From positions 44,208,001 through 44,272,000 of the forward strand of contig NC_045696.1 of NCBI RefSeq assembly GCF_009834535.1: a stretch of 64,000 bases of DNA, written 5' to 3'. Numbering within the stretch: position 1 is the stretch's first letter; each line of letters begins with the position of its first letter. Below the pieces are notes generated by a model. It searched no databases. It worked only from the letters and a program-made list of their open reading frames with translations, and had not been told where the DNA came from. Shown here one piece after another: positions 62,549-64,000 of this stretch. The stretch comes from Camelus ferus. Its lineage: Eukaryota. Made by a program: the position numbers and the translations under genes.

Positions 62549-64000
62549 TATACACCATGATCAAGTTAGGTTCATCCCAGGGACACGAGGATGATACAAC
62601 ATATGCAAATCAATCAACATGATAGACCACATCAACAAGAGAAAGGACAAAAATCACATGATTGTCTCAACAGGTGCAAAAAAGCTGTTGATAAAATTCA
62701 ACACCCATTTATGATAAAAACTCCAACCAAAGTGGGTATGGAGGGAATATATCTCAACATAATAAAAGCTATTTATGACAAACCTACAGCCAGCATAATA
62801 CTCAATGGTGAAAAGTTGAAAGCCTTCCCACTAAAATCTGGAACAAGACAAGGATGCCTACTCTTATCACTTCTATTCAATATAGTATTGGAATTCTTAG
62901 CTATAACAATTAGATAAGAAAAAGAAATAAAAAGGATCCAAATTGGAAGAGAAGAGGTAACTCTCATTATTTGTGGATGACCTGATACTATATATAGAAA
63001 ACCCTAAAGGCTCCAACCAAAACTACTGGAGCTGATAAAAGAATTCAGTAAGTTAGCAGGATACAAGATTAACACACAGAAATCAGTTGTATTTCTTTAT
63101 GCTAACAATGAAATATCAGAAAAGGAGAGTAAAGAAACAATTTCTTTTAAAATTGCATCCAAAACAATAAAATACTTAGGAATAAATCTGACCAAGGAAG
63201 TAAAAGACTTATATGTGGAGAACTACAAAACATTGACTAAGGAAATTAAAGATGACTTAAATAAATGGAAAGATATCCCATGTTCTTGGATTGAAAGAAT
63301 TAATATTGTTAAAATGGCCAGACAACCCAAAGCAATCTAAAGATTTAATGCAATCCCTATCAAATTACCCAGGACATTTTTCACAGAACTAGAACAAATA
63401 ATCCTAAAATTTATATGGAATCACAAAAGACCCAGAATTGTCAAAGCATTACTGAAGAAAAAGAATGAAGCTGGAGGATTAACCCTCCCAGATTTCAGAC
63501 AATACTACAGAGCTACAGTAAACAAAACAGCATGATATTGGTACAAAAACAGACATATGGATCAATGGAACAGAATAGAGAGCCCAGAAATAAAATCACA
63601 TATTTTTGGTCAATTAATCTTTGACAAAGCAGACAAGAACATACAATGGAGTAAAGACAGTCTCTTCAGCAAATGGTGTTGGGATAACTGGACAGCTGCT
63701 TGTAAATCAATGAAGTTAGAATACACCCTCACATCATACACAAAAATAAACTCAAAATGGCTTAAAGACTTAAACATAAGACAAGACACTATAAACCTAT
63801 TAGAGGAAAACATAGGCAAAACATTATCTAACATAAATCTTAGCAATGTTCTCCTAGAGCAGTCTACCCAGGACAATAGAAATAAAAGCAAAGATAAACA
63901 AATGGTACCTCACTAAACTTATAAGCTTTTGCACAGCAGAGGAAACCATAAGCAAAACAAAAAGACAACCTATGGAATGGGAGAAAATATTTGCAAAAGA
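62549..64000 (+). mobile_element. LINE-1 ORF2 (RT domain onward), disrupted, continuing past the window end
   Basis: Motifs [28 protein letters not shown] (62970-62981, FADD equivalent), [11 protein letters not shown]; premature stops TGA 62592-62594 and TAA 62915-62917 plus frameshifts. Confidence 0.97.

Noticed and set aside
62591..63916. Reverse-transcriptase ORFs as a novel or active RT system
   Set aside because: Ordinary LINE-1 ORF2, 5'-truncated, with several stops and frameshifts
1..64000. CRISPR arrays, operons, rRNA or other prokaryote-type systems
   Set aside because: No regularly spaced repeats or dense coding blocks; the repeat content is mammalian throughout

Overview
This is AT-rich mammalian nuclear DNA, intronic or intergenic, not prokaryotic. 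Three tRNA-derived SINEs resembling the camelid Vic-1 family and several related L1 3' ends suggest a camelid (alpaca, llama or camel); this is inferred from remembered repeat consensi. Much of the window is interspersed repeat: old L1M/HAL1 fragments, L2, MIR, MaLR (MLT1), ERVL and ERV1 solo LTRs, hAT and Tigger MERs, and a disrupted, 5'-inverted L1 running off the right end. The only recognisable protein-coding sequence is that L1's broken ORF2. I could not identify any host gene. One candidate terminal coding exon (2517-2737, +) and a few splice-site-bounded micro-exon candidates are reported at low confidence. I found no convincing new biological system. The best-supported unusual structures are a ~103-bp inverted duplication with strand-biased substitutions, a ~97-bp dispersed direct duplication, three twin-priming-type L1 inversions, an old L1 whose 5' UTR is joined to its 3' end, and motif-dense non-repeat stretches that may be enhancers. 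Repeat family names are from memory, and boundaries without a stated TSD are approximate.
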